From contig OY969763.1 in NCBI GenBank assembly GCA_963702845.1, forward strand, positions 3,008,001 through 3,072,000: DNA of 64,000 bases, in the 5' to 3' direction. Below, piece after piece: positions 52,361 to 62,051 of the stretch; the first letter of the stretch is position 1, and each line of letters opens with the position of its first letter. Under the pieces are notes generated by a model. That model was not told where the DNA came from and made no database searches. It saw nothing but the letters and a program-made list of their open reading frames with translations. This DNA comes from an uncultured Verrucomicrobiae bacterium. Its GTDB lineage: Bacteria; Verrucomicrobiota; Verrucomicrobiia; Limisphaerales; Palsa-1400. The position numbers were made by a program, and so were the translations under genes.

Positions 52361-53198
52361 ATGATTGTTTTCCTAAACGGCAAATTTGTTCCGGAAGAAC
52401 AAGCAGTTGTCTCAATCTTCGACCGCGGTTTTCTTTATGGCGACGGTTTGTTTGAAGCCATTCGCATCCGCGCCGGCAAACCTTTCCGTTGGACCCAGCA
52501 CTTGCAACGCCTGCGACAAGGCGCAGATTTGTTGAAGTTGAAGCTGCCGTTCTCCTCAGAAGACCTTCTCAAGTTACGCGCAGGAACTCTCGGCAAAAAA
52601 CCACATGCCCGAAGCCATCCTTCGTCTCTACGTATCACGCGGGATCGGCGAACGCGGCTATTCACCCAAAGGCGCGAACAATCCATTCTTCGCCATGGCG
52701 CTTTATCCAGCGCCAACTATTGATTTAAACAATCCACCGCTTCGCAAAGTCATCGTCGCGAAAATTACCGTCCCAGCCAATCATCCGCTGACCGCAATCA
52801 AGAGCACCAACAAACTCATTCACGTTCTCGCCCGCGCTGAAGCCGATGCGTTCGGACGCCGACGAAGCTCTTCTGGTAAACACAGATGGCGACCTCGCCG
52901 AAGGCACGTCCTGCAACGTGTTCTGGATTCAAAGCAACAGCATCTTCACGCCACCAATCGAAAGCGGAGCACTGCCCGGCATCACGCGCAATCTCGTTTT
53001 GGAAATTTGCGCAGAAACTCTCAATCCCAACAAAAGAGGTCGCCAGCAAACCCGATATTCTCTTCAAAGCCGACGGCGTTTTCCTTTCCCACACCACGAT
53101 GGGAATTGTCGAAGTCGAACAAGTGGACGGAAAGCATGTCAGCCGTTCGCCGATGGTCCAACAAAATCCAAAAGGCCTATCGCGAGTGCCTCGGCTAA
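52361..53198 (+). CDS. Aminotransferase class IV / aminodeoxychorismate lyase-like (multiple frameshifts)
   Basis: FDRGFLYGDGLFE, HLQRL, KSTN, AEGTSCNVF and LPGITR over successive frames. Confidence 0.85.
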
Positions 53199-54174
53199 TT
53201 AGCTCGCGACCGATTTCGGCAGCGTCGAAACCTGAATCGAGTTTCACCGAAATCAGTTTGCGAAGTCGGAAATTTCTCGCCATCCGGCCCTTTGCCCCGG
53301 TTCACGGTATATTCTTCGTGAACGATACTATCGGTGGTAATTCCCGCTTCAGGATCAAACCAGTATCGTCCGTAAAATTTGCTGTCCTCGAGCGGAGCTC
53401 TTACTCTTGGATTTCGGACTGGTAATCGTTCCTTCAAATTCAATCAGCGCGCACTTGCGGCTCATCGTGCCATTGCCAGCCGCGGAACGTGTAATTCGCA
53501 TCCGATTGCAAACCGTTGTTCAGGTCATCTGTCTGATGCCACGTATCCCCAACGCGCACCGACTTGTCGGGCAGATGATTGAACTCCACCATCTGCCTCA
53601 CCGTGGATGTCGTAAACAGCCGGCGCACGTACCCATCTACCTTGCGCATGTTCTTTTTCGCCGTCGCCGCATTCACTTGTTCATCGAGCCCCACCACCTT
53701 CACCAAAGTGTCATGCTTCGATAATTCAGCGCTGAAATGTGTGTGAATCATGTTCCGCATCGCTTCCGCAAAATCCCCAACCATCGGCACCGCGCGATTT
53801 TCCGAATCGAAATAAAGTTTCGTCTCATCGCCGGTAAAAACCTGCAAAACGAGTGCGAGATATTCGACGTCCAGTTGCTTATGCGCTTTGCTGGTCTCGT
53901 TCGTGACCATCAAACGGTAGTCTGTCTCGAAGTGTGTCTCCTGCGAATCGGTCCCAAATTTCCATTTACTGGAACGATAGCTGTTATCTGTCTCTAAATG
54001 GAACGCATACCGGCGGTCCGGTTTCAGTTCACATTTCAACTCAACGGCAGGATCACTGGAACTGCCGGTGATCTCCGGCTCGACTTCCGTACTGAATGCA
54101 CTCGCTTTGTGCGAGCATCCGGAAATCAAAACCAACGTTGCTAAACTAACAGCGCAAAATAACGCGTGCCTCAT
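53195..54174 (-). CDS. Hypothetical lipoprotein (frameshifted)
   Basis: ISGC lipobox; LPDKSVRVGDTW; continues in other frames as KCALIEFEG and GRYWFDPEAG. Confidence 0.6.
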
Positions 54175-54219
54175 CTATTGGCATAGACGCTACCCAGACG
54201 GAAGTTGTTACGCAAACCT

Positions 54220-54272
54220 CCGCTACCTCACAGGCTGATCCTTGCAGGATAAGGCCTGCCCGTGAGGAGCGG
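54220..54272. other. Long stem-loop 3' of the GH43 gene
   Basis: CCGCT-CCTCAC-AGGC...ATCCT TGC AGGAT...GCCT-GTGAGG-AGCGG; no U-tract. Confidence 0.6.
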
Positions 54273-54283
54273 TGGGGGAAAAG

Positions 54284-55264
54284 TTACGCGACCAGGGGTG
54301 CCAATGCAGGCTGTGCCACCGGACGAACGGACGGAACAGGACGAATGACTTCGGTCACAACCGGCGCGGGTTTCGTTTCAGGCGACGGAATACCAAACAC
54401 CGGATGGTCGTTGTGCCAGGAAAACCGTTGTGTATGAACATGGCGATCGTCCCAACCCTTTTTGCGCTTCGATTTGGCGTGGTAAACGATCCAATCCTCA
54501 GTCTGGCAGGCCGACTTCACGAACGAACAATGTCCAACGCCCCAAATCTTATCGGTCTTCTGGAACACCGGCGCTTCCACAATCTTGCGCCATGCCGACG
54601 GCTTCATCACGTCAGCTTCGTTGTCCAAAACGATCATTCCGAGACAATAATCAACCGTCCAACTCGCGCTGGCGGAGTAAACGACGAACGTCTTGCCATT
54701 ACGCTTTAGCACCTGCGGACCTTCGCAAATGGACATCGTGTTCTTCTCCCATGCTTCAGTCGGGCTCGTCAAAAGTGTACGTTTCTCGGCGAGTGTCCAC
54801 GGATTGGACATCGGCGCGATATACAGATTTTGCTGTCCATCTTCGCCGCCGGGCCAGCCCGACCACACCATATAACGCTTCCCGTTCGCTTCGAGAATCG
54901 TGCCGTCGATAGCCCAACCCTGCGTGTCCAACATGCCTTTGCAGCGGTAAGGCCCTTGCGGATCATCCGTTTCAGCTTCGAGCACCCACATGCGGTGGTT
55001 CTTGTTCTTACCATCGTCAGCGGCGTAGTAGATGTACCACTTGCCTTCGATAAAATGTAATTCCGGTGCCCAAACGTTTTTGCTGTTCGCCGCACCTTGC
55101 GGCGGCTCCCAGACTTTAACGTTCTCCGCCATGGCGATGTCGAAAATCGTGCCCGCCTTGCGGACGTGCAGGGTCGTTTGGTTACGGCTCTCGCAGAAAT
55201 AGTAGTTGCCGTTGTGGAAAACCATCCAGGGGTCTGCTGCGGGTGCGGGAATCAGGGCGCTCAT
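54284..55264 (-). CDS. Glycoside hydrolase family 43 (arabinofuranosidase-like), no signal peptide
   Basis: ADPW, WAPELH, AIDG, EGP, YSAS and GHCSF. Confidence 0.92.
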   Translation of the reverse strand: MSALIPAPAADPWMVFHNGNYYFCESRNQTTLHVRKAGTIFDIAMAENVKVWEPPQGAANSKNVWAPELHFIEGKWYIYYAADDGKNKNHRMWVLEAETDDPQGPYRCKGMLDTQGWAIDGTILEANGKRYMVWSGWPGGEDGQQNLYIAPMSNPWTLAEKRTLLTSPTEAWEKNTMSICEGPQVLKRNGKTFVVYSASASWTVDYCLGMIVLDNEADVMKPSAWRKIVEAPVFQKTDKIWGVGHCSFVKSACQTEDWIVYHAKSKRKKGWDDRHVHTQRFSWHNDHPVFGIPSPETKPAPVVTEVIRPVPSVRPVAQPALAPLVA

Positions 55265-55507
55265 GCTCGGTTTGTCTTGAATCCAGACAGGTGTCTTTAA
55301 CAGTTCGTGTTCGGTTGTTCGTTTTTCCTAAGGCTTTCGCCTTGTTTTTTGGTCCGCCGGTTCCTTGGTCGCCGGACAGGAGGAAATTAGCTAGTGCGAT
55401 GCCAACGTGAAAAAATCTGACAAATTTCCACCCTGATTTTTCAACACCTGCTTTACTCCTCCAACGTACAAAGAGGAAGCACCAAACCGGCCAACTTTGG
55501 TGCCGAC

Positions 55508-55563
55508 TTGGTGCTTTGAAATTTGGTGCTTCTCTGGAGCCTAGTTCGTGGAGCTTGGAGCTT
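55508..55563. repeat. Heptamer-repeat element (TTGGNNY)
   Basis: TTGGTGC(T) TTGAAAT TTGGTGC TTCT CTGGAGC CTAGTTC GTGGAGC TTGGAGC. Confidence 0.7.
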
Positions 55564-55565
55564 TC

Positions 55566-56984
55566 TTACCCTCCGGAACCCGCCATCTCCACCCCACCCG
55601 GCTCACACTGTTTCGACGGATCGAGCAACTCATTCAGCTTGCTCTTTTCCAACCCGGAAATCTCCTCCGCCACCTGCCGAATTGTGCGATTCGTCTCCAT
55701 GGCAACTTTCGCGATCTTGGCGGCTTTATCGTAACCAATCACCGGCGCAAGCACCGTGCAATTCATCAAGCTCAATTCCAGGTTGGCATTGCACTTCTCG
55801 CGATCAGCCTGCAATCCATTGATACACCGGCGCGCAAATACCTGGCTGCCACTCGCGAGCAGTTCAATCGATTCCAACAAATTATGCGCCAACACCGGCA
55901 TCATGACGTTCAGTTCAAAATTGCCGAACGCGCCGCTCACCGTGATTGCGCTGTCGTTGCCGATCACTTGCGCGCAAACCTGCATCAACATTTCCGACAT
56001 CACCGGATTCACCTTTCCCGGCATGATCGACGAACCCGGCTGAGTGGACGGCAATTTAATTTCACCCAAACCCAATCGTGGCCCCGAACCAAGGAACCGA
56101 ATATCGTTAGCAATCTTGATCAAACCAACCGCCACAGTTTTCAAAGCAGCGCTGGCTTCAACAGCAGCGTCACGTGACCCTTGCGCTTCAAAATGATTCT
56201 CCGCTTCGGTCAATGGCAATCCAATCTCCTTCATCAACCCCTGAATCGTCCGTCGCGCAAAATCCGGATGCGTATTAATACCAGTGCCCACAGCCGTTCC
56301 ACCGAGTGCCAACTCCTCGAGGTTCTTACGCACGCTCTGGACGCGCACAACTCCGTGCTGCACCTGGCTCGCATATCCACTGAACTCCTGCCCCAACCGA
56401 ATCGGCGTCGCGTCCTGCAAATGCGTCCGACCGATCTTCAACACGTCATGAAATTCCTTGGCCTTTTTGTCCAAGGCTTCGTGCAATTCCTTCAACGCCG
56501 GAATCAATCGCTTATCAATCGCCTCCAATGCCGCAACATGAATCGCCGTCGGAATCACGTCGTTGCTCGATTGCCCACGATTCACGTGATCATTCGGATG
56601 CACCTTCTTATCGCCACGTTTGCCGCCCATGATTTCCACCGCGCGATTCGCGATCACCTCATTGGCGTTCATGTTCGTCGAAGTGCCTGAGCCCGTCTGG
56701 AAAATATCCAAAACAAATTCCGCATCCCACTTCCCGTCCGCGACTTCTTGCGCCGCCTGCTCAATCGCATTGGCGACATCAGCCGATAAATAACCGAGCC
56801 CGTGGTTCGTGATCGCCGCCTGCTTTTTAATCAGGCCAATCGCGCGAATAAACGAACGCGGGAATCGCAGATTGCTGATTGGAAAATTCTCAACCGCACG
56901 CGCCGTCTGCGCGCCGTAATAGGCATTTGCGGGAACCTGCATTTGCCCCATCGAATCCGACTCAGTCCGAAAAGAATTACTCAT
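55566..56984 (-). CDS. fumC: Class II fumarate hydratase
   Basis: QTGSGTSTNMNANE, GRTHLQDATP and GSSIMPGKVNP. Confidence 0.97.
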   Translation of the reverse strand: MSNSFRTESDSMGQMQVPANAYYGAQTARAVENFPISNLRFPRSFIRAIGLIKKQAAITNHGLGYLSADVANAIEQAAQEVADGKWDAEFVLDIFQTGSGTSTNMNANEVIANRAVEIMGGKRGDKKVHPNDHVNRGQSSNDVIPTAIHVAALEAIDKRLIPALKELHEALDKKAKEFHDVLKIGRTHLQDATPIRLGQEFSGYASQVQHGVVRVQSVRKNLEELALGGTAVGTGINTHPDFARRTIQGLMKEIGLPLTEAENHFEAQGSRDAAVEASAALKTVAVGLIKIANDIRFLGSGPRLGLGEIKLPSTQPGSSIMPGKVNPVMSEMLMQVCAQVIGNDSAITVSGAFGNFELNVMMPVLAHNLLESIELLASGSQVFARRCINGLQADREKCNANLELSLMNCTVLAPVIGYDKAAKIAKVAMETNRTIRQVAEEISGLEKSKLNELLDPSKQCEPGGVEMAGSGG

Positions 56985-57117
56985 AACTTTCTCAATTTTT
57001 AATCGCGCGGAGCATGAAGAATCCCTCGCCCTAAAGCAAGGTCAAGCACGGCGCATCTTGCCTCAAGTCAAAGTAGCATTGACACCACATCCGCATGCCC
57101 CAACGATACCGAACCTC

Positions 57118-58134
57118 ATGCGTCCAACACGAAAGCTCAACTGGTTTCTAACGCTGGCCATTTCTCTCTGCGTCTTTGTCGCCACAACCCACGCAGCAAA
57201 CTTAAAACTCCTCTCCGTCAAAAAAATCTGGGATGCCGCTCCGCACAATGCCTTCACCGACCTGACCCGTTTCAACAACCAATGGTTCTGCACCTTTCGC
57301 GAATCCCAGGCGCACGTCGGTGGCAACGGCAAAATTCGCATCCTCACCTCAACCGACGGCGACACTTGGAGATCCGCTGCCCTCCTCGAAGAATCCGGCA
57401 TTGATCTGCGCGACCCCAAACTCTCCATCACACCCGACAACCGCCTCATGCTGACGATCGGCGGCTCAGTTTACGAAAACAAGAAACTCATCAGCCGCCA
57501 ATCTCGTGTGTCGTTTTCAACAGGCGGCACAACCTGGACCACTCCTCAGCTAGTCCTCAGCAAAGGCGACTGGCTCTGGCGCGTCACCTGGCACAAAGGC
57601 CACGCCTACGGGATGGATTATCACTCCGGCAAAACAAAACCCGGGTTTGTCCTCACCGTCGTCGAAAGCACCAACGGCATCGACTTCAAACCACTGCAGG
57701 ATTTTGAAATCCCGGCAAATCCAAACGAGGCCACCGCACGTTTCCTCGCGAATGATGATTGCATTATCCTCGCCCGCCGCGAAGGCACCGCTAAAGATCG
57801 CACCGACAATAGCGCATGGATCGGCGTGGCTTCTCTACCTTATAAAACCTGGAAATGGCACCCTGCGGGAATGTCAGTCGGCGGTCCAAACTTCATCGTG
57901 CTTCCGAACGGCGAAATGATTGCCGCCGGCCGCATGAACCCGGGTAAGCAGGCCAAAACCTTCGTCGGCCACATGACCAAAACCAGCGTCACGCCCGACC
58001 TCATTCTTCCAAGCGGCGGCGATTGCAGCTATCCCGGCATGGTCTGGCATGACAACAAACTTTGGCTTACGTATTACTCCAGCCACGAAGGCAAAACCTC
58101 AATCTATCTTGCGAAAATTGCTATGACCCCGTAG
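57118..58134 (+). CDS. Secreted sialidase/BNR-like beta-propeller protein
   Basis: HNAFTDL, Asp-box STDGDTW, DLRDPKL and GDCSYPG. Confidence 0.8.
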   Translation: MRPTRKLNWFLTLAISLCVFVATTHAANLKLLSVKKIWDAAPHNAFTDLTRFNNQWFCTFRESQAHVGGNGKIRILTSTDGDTWRSAALLEESGIDLRDPKLSITPDNRLMLTIGGSVYENKKLISRQSRVSFSTGGTTWTTPQLVLSKGDWLWRVTWHKGHAYGMDYHSGKTKPGFVLTVVESTNGIDFKPLQDFEIPANPNEATARFLANDDCIILARREGTAKDRTDNSAWIGVASLPYKTWKWHPAGMSVGGPNFIVLPNGEMIAAGRMNPGKQAKTFVGHMTKTSVTPDLILPSGGDCSYPGMVWHDNKLWLTYYSSHEGKTSIYLAKIAMTP

Positions 58135-58195
58135 CCGCCGACGTAAGAAGGCGAATTCTCATCAAACTGTGTGGCTAAGGCCCGCGCTGTCTTGA

Positions 58196-58227
58196 TTCGA
58201 TGTTGGACGTTGGAAGTTGGACGTTCG
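58196..58227. repeat. Heptamer repeat NGTTGGA
   Basis: TTCGA TGTTGGA CGTTGGA AGTTGGA CGTTCG. Confidence 0.65.
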
Positions 58228-58254
58228 TCTTCGTTTGTCAGACGTTCGCTTCGT

Positions 58255-58623
58255 TTAACTCGGATTGAACCCGCCATCCTCCCCTTCGTCCGTTGCGATC
58301 ATTTGAACAACAGCCGAATCCACCTCTGCCGCGGCGTTCACCAGCACCGGCTTTTTGCCGCCATCCTTTAAATAATCAATAAGGGGCTTCAGATTCGGCA
58401 AAATCAATGTTTCCCTCGCTTCCGGCGCTCGGTCCAGACAAAACCCTGCACACTCTACAACCCCGAGCATTTTGAGAGCCCCCTTTCGCACCTCCGCGTT
58501 GGAAATCTTATATAAGTCCTCTCGTATCATCCCTGTCCACACCGTAAACCCCTGGCGCGACATCCCTTTTTCAACCTGCAATGACAACTTCTGCAACTTG
58601 GCAATCAACTGATCTAATCTCAC
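58255..58623 (-). CDS. Orphan hypothetical protein
   Basis: Open frame of ~120 aa from a probable GTG start; the upstream ORF extension translates the heptamer repeat. Confidence 0.5.
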   Translation of the reverse strand: MRLDQLIAKLQKLSLQVEKGMSRQGFTVWTGMIREDLYKISNAEVRKGALKMLGVVECAGFCLDRAPEARETLILPNLKPLIDYLKDGGKKPVLVNAAAEVDSAVVQMIATDEGEDGGFNPS

Positions 58624-58679
58624 AAGATTGCGAATAGCATACGTAATACCACAAATTCGTTTGGCGTTTTTTGGGTCCC

Positions 58680-58734
58680 TTGGAGCTTGGTCCTTGGAGC
58701 TTCTCTGGAATTTGGAGTTTGAAGTTTGGAACTT
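58680..58734. repeat. Heptamer-repeat element (TTGGNNY)
   Basis: TTGGAGC TTGGTCC TTGGAGC TTCT CTGGAAT TTGGAGT TTGAAGT TTGGAAC. Confidence 0.8.
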
Positions 58735-59710
58735 ACCTCCCCCCATACCCCTTCCATGCCCACAACAACGCTTCCGGCAACGTCTGTCCCAAAACCTTCC
58801 CATCCACATGCTTCGCCTCTTTCGCGAAATCGTAATGATAATGATACCCCTTCGCCTTCAACACCGCCGCCATCCGGTTATTCGCCATCACCCAATTGTG
58901 ATACGAAGCTTCATCCCGATCGAACCCGATATCGTGATCGCCAACCTCCAACCAAATCCGCAACGGCTTGCGCGAACCCTGCGGAATCAAATGCTCATGA
59001 TACTCCCAGGCCCCATGCGGCGTCTTTGGATCATCAGGCGACTGTTGCGCCACAAACGTCCCTGAAAAAGTAATAATCCGATGCCACAAATCCGTCCGAT
59101 ACCACCCCATCGTCAACGCGCAAGCACCACCCGAACTCCCACCCATCGTCGCGCGCCCATCCGGGTCCTTTGTAAAATTAACACCGTAATCCCGGGTAAT
59201 CCTCGGCAACACCTCCGTCTCGATATAATTAGCATACCGATCCGACAACGTGTCGTATTCCAACCCGCGCTCACTGCCCTTCCCATCACCGCCACCTGCG
59301 TTAATGAACACCGCCACCATTGCCGGCAAGCGCCGTTCCGCGATCAGATTATCCAAAATATTAGTCACCCGTTTCAAATAATGCTGTCCATCCTGCACCA
59401 ACAACAGCGGTGCCGCCGTCCCCTTCTTATATTGCGCCGGCACATACACCCAAACCTTCCGCTGATACGGCCCATTCAACCCCGGATAAATTTTGCTATC
59501 CCGCGACTCCATCACAAATTCATGCACCGCCCCCTTCGGAACACCCGCGCGCGCCACCACCTCCGCCGCATCCGAATAATTCGGCCCAATCACAAAATTC
59601 CCATCCTTCGGCGCCTTCGTCCCATTTGGCGCGCCAAAACACAATCCTGCCGACATAAAAGCTACAACACACGAAATCGAAATCATCCGATGAATAAGAC
59701 AAGGCAGCAT
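58733..59710 (-). CDS. Secreted alpha/beta-hydrolase, enterochelin esterase (Fes)-like
   Basis: VWVYVPAQY, QDG, ERGLEYD, nucleophile motif GSSGG, C-terminal H. Confidence 0.88.
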   Translation of the reverse strand: MLPCLIHRMISISCVVAFMSAGLCFGAPNGTKAPKDGNFVIGPNYSDAAEVVARAGVPKGAVHEFVMESRDSKIYPGLNGPYQRKVWVYVPAQYKKGTAAPLLLVQDGQHYLKRVTNILDNLIAERRLPAMVAVFINAGGGDGKGSERGLEYDTLSDRYANYIETEVLPRITRDYGVNFTKDPDGRATMGGSSGGACALTMGWYRTDLWHRIITFSGTFVAQQSPDDPKTPHGAWEYHEHLIPQGSRKPLRIWLEVGDHDIGFDRDEASYHNWVMANNRMAAVLKAKGYHYHYDFAKEAKHVDGKVLGQTLPEALLWAWKGYGGR

Positions 59711-59833
59711 CCACCCTCAATACAACAAACCTCCTCAGCAGCGCAATGCCTCGCATCCAGGTCACCGATTTCCCTCGCGGCCGCTTGTGCCGAAGGCACA
59801 TACCCGTTAACCCGCAGGATTTTTATTGCTCTC

Positions 59834-59856
59834 TTATTGAGACTGTGTCGCAATAA
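59834..59856. promoter_or_regulatory. Palindromic operator, Fur-box-like
   Basis: TTATTGAGAC-TGT-GTCGCAATAA (10-3-10 arms, 1 mismatch). Confidence 0.7.
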
Positions 59857-59862
59857 GGAATA

Positions 59863-60822
59863 GTGGGTTTGAAATCAAACAAGTCCCAAATCGAACCCGA
59901 TCCTGCCGATAAAAACTGGCAAGGCACCGACTCCGACTGCAAGCACCTCTACGGCGATCTGCGCGACGCAGGCGTGACCTTCGAGTGGCAGGATTTCAAG
60001 CTGACGAATACTCCCTTCGATTGGGCCACCCGTTTCCAGCAAGGCACCGTCGAGATTTGCCTCAATATCCTTGGCAGCGGCACCGTTATTTGCGCGGGCA
60101 AACGGACGGAGTTCACGCAAAGAACCGGTGCTTTTTATTGCCATGGCGACACCCCTCTCACCGCGACTCGCAATGCTGGCGAGCAGCACCAGTTTTTTAG
60201 CATAAAATTTTCCCCGGCTTTTTTGCGGGACCATTTGCGTCAAAACACCGGGGGACTCCATTCGCTCATTGGCGCCTTGCTCGCGAAGTCCAAAATCATT
60301 TCGGGCGCATCGAACCCTGTGCCATTGAACAATCGTCAACTGCAGTTGCTGACGAGCCTGCGCCATCCGCCCTTCGTCCAGGCGACGCAGTTCTTGTGGT
60401 ACCAGAGCAAGGCACTGGAATTAATGATCGAGTTCTTTTTTCCAGAACCGAGCGGCAAAGATTTCTTTTGCGTGCGACAAAAAGCAGTCGCTCAGGAGCG
60501 GGTTAAAAAAGTCATCGCCATCCTGTCACAACACTTTGCCGAACCGCCGGCATTGGAAGAAATCGCCAGAACCGTCGGGTGCAGCCATTTCTATCTCAGC
60601 CGGACTTTTTCCACCGAAACCGGCATGACCATCTCGCTTTACTTACGTCAAGTGCGCATGGAAAAAGCCGCCGAGCTCTTAAAGAGTGGAAAATTCAACG
60701 TCACCGAAGTAGCGATGGAAGTCGGATATTCCAGCCCTGGGCACTTCAGCAAAGCTTTCCGTGAAACATTCGATTGTTGCCCCGGACTTTACACGCTGGC
60801 TCCAAAACACGCCAAACTGTAG
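59863..60822 (+). CDS. AraC-family transcriptional regulator (PchR/YbtA-like)
   Basis: YQSKALEL, PPALEEIARTVG, RMEKAAELL and VAMEVGYSSPGHFSKAF. Confidence 0.93.
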   Translation: MGLKSNKSQIEPDPADKNWQGTDSDCKHLYGDLRDAGVTFEWQDFKLTNTPFDWATRFQQGTVEICLNILGSGTVICAGKRTEFTQRTGAFYCHGDTPLTATRNAGEQHQFFSIKFSPAFLRDHLRQNTGGLHSLIGALLAKSKIISGASNPVPLNNRQLQLLTSLRHPPFVQATQFLWYQSKALELMIEFFFPEPSGKDFFCVRQKAVAQERVKKVIAILSQHFAEPPALEEIARTVGCSHFYLSRTFSTETGMTISLYLRQVRMEKAAELLKSGKFNVTEVAMEVGYSSPGHFSKAFRETFDCCPGLYTLAPKHAKL

Positions 60823-60844
60823 CGAAAGCCCGGGCAATCGTATC

Positions 60845-60881
60845 GCAACCAAACGCCAGCAATTAGCAACCCAACGCAAGC
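60845..60881 (+). promoter_or_regulatory. Direct repeat with 21-bp period, probable AraC operator
   Basis: GCAACCAAACGCCAGC and GCAACCCAACGCAAGC (14/16 identical). Confidence 0.65.
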
Positions 60882-60913
60882 GCGCGAAACACAGTTGATG
60901 CAAACTCTCTGGC

Positions 60914-61741
60914 GTGAAGTTCAAGTTGATCCTGAAAAAACGAGCACAAGCATTCACTCTCATTGAGTTGCTCGTCGTCATCGCCATCATCGCCATCCTC
61001 GCGAGCATGTTGCTCCCCGCTCTAGCCAACGCGAAAGCAAAGGCCCAACGCGCCGACTGCACCAGCAGCCTGCGCCAATGGGGATTGGCCCTGACCATGT
61101 ATCTGGATGACAACCGCCAAATTTTTCCGCTGGCCAAGATTGCCAATGGAACGCCGGGCGCCCCCGGCTACGACGAGGATCAGCCACACTGGAGCGACTT
61201 GGCAGCCTTTCACGCAGCAGGCCAAGGCGACAGTGTCTGGTATAACGCGCTGCCGCCTTACATCGGCAAAGCTGCGTTGTGGGCCTACGCGAATAATCCA
61301 AATAACATGTTCAGCAGCAAAACAATTTTCACCTGCCCCGCCGCTCTGATGCAGCCTTCAGAATTTGATCCCACCCGAATCGTTTTCAATTTCGGCATGA
61401 ACTACAAAGGAAACACAGGGCTGCCCAATGTTAGCTATGGGACCAATTTCGCCGGGACCATGGTCCGCAAACCATCTTCGTTTGTGTTCATATCTGACGT
61501 GCGCACCCATTCGACCGAACAGCCGTTCTACGGCACAAATCCGGCAAAAGAAGTGGGCTCGTCGCATTGTTGGGTGGCCCAACTCTCCTCGCGCCACAAC
61601 GCCGGCGCAGACCTGAATTTTGCAGACGGCCACGTCTCCTATTTCAAATACTCATACATCTGTTCCAACGCCGTGACCAAGGCGGTTGACCCGGGAAACA
61701 GTGACATCAACTGGACTTACGATGGCCAACGAGTCCCCTGA
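60914..61741 (+). CDS. Prepilin-type N-terminal cleavage / H-X9-DG (DUF1559-like) protein
   Basis: [25 protein letters not shown] and [15 protein letters not shown]. Confidence 0.93.
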   Translation: MKFKLILKKRAQAFTLIELLVVIAIIAILASMLLPALANAKAKAQRADCTSSLRQWGLALTMYLDDNRQIFPLAKIANGTPGAPGYDEDQPHWSDLAAFHAAGQGDSVWYNALPPYIGKAALWAYANNPNNMFSSKTIFTCPAALMQPSEFDPTRIVFNFGMNYKGNTGLPNVSYGTNFAGTMVRKPSSFVFISDVRTHSTEQPFYGTNPAKEVGSSHCWVAQLSSRHNAGADLNFADGHVSYFKYSYICSNAVTKAVDPGNSDINWTYDGQRVP

Positions 61742-62051
61742 TTGATGGTTTGCGTTGCGGCTAACCTGTGAGTCACCGCACAACTTGGGCAACATTATGC
61801 GACCGCGGAGCACAGCCCCGTCGGGTGGCTTGCGCCACTGCGGGCAGGCTGTGGCGGAACAGGTTTATCCTTCACACCGTGTCTTTGTAGCCGAATAAAT
61901 TCTGACCTCTGTCCCGTTTTCACGCTACCGCGCTGCCCCAGCAAATATAGTTGACAGTGTTCCACGTTTCTCTAACGTCACTTCCACAGCCACTAACTTG
62001 CTCACACAGCATCCGGGTTGGGTTTTAACAACGTAACGAGAGGAAATTTTT

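Noticed and set aside
58624..58809. N-terminal part of the 184 aa ORF (KFQTSNSKFQRSSKDQAP)
   Set aside because: It translates the heptamer repeat and overlaps the esterase gene.
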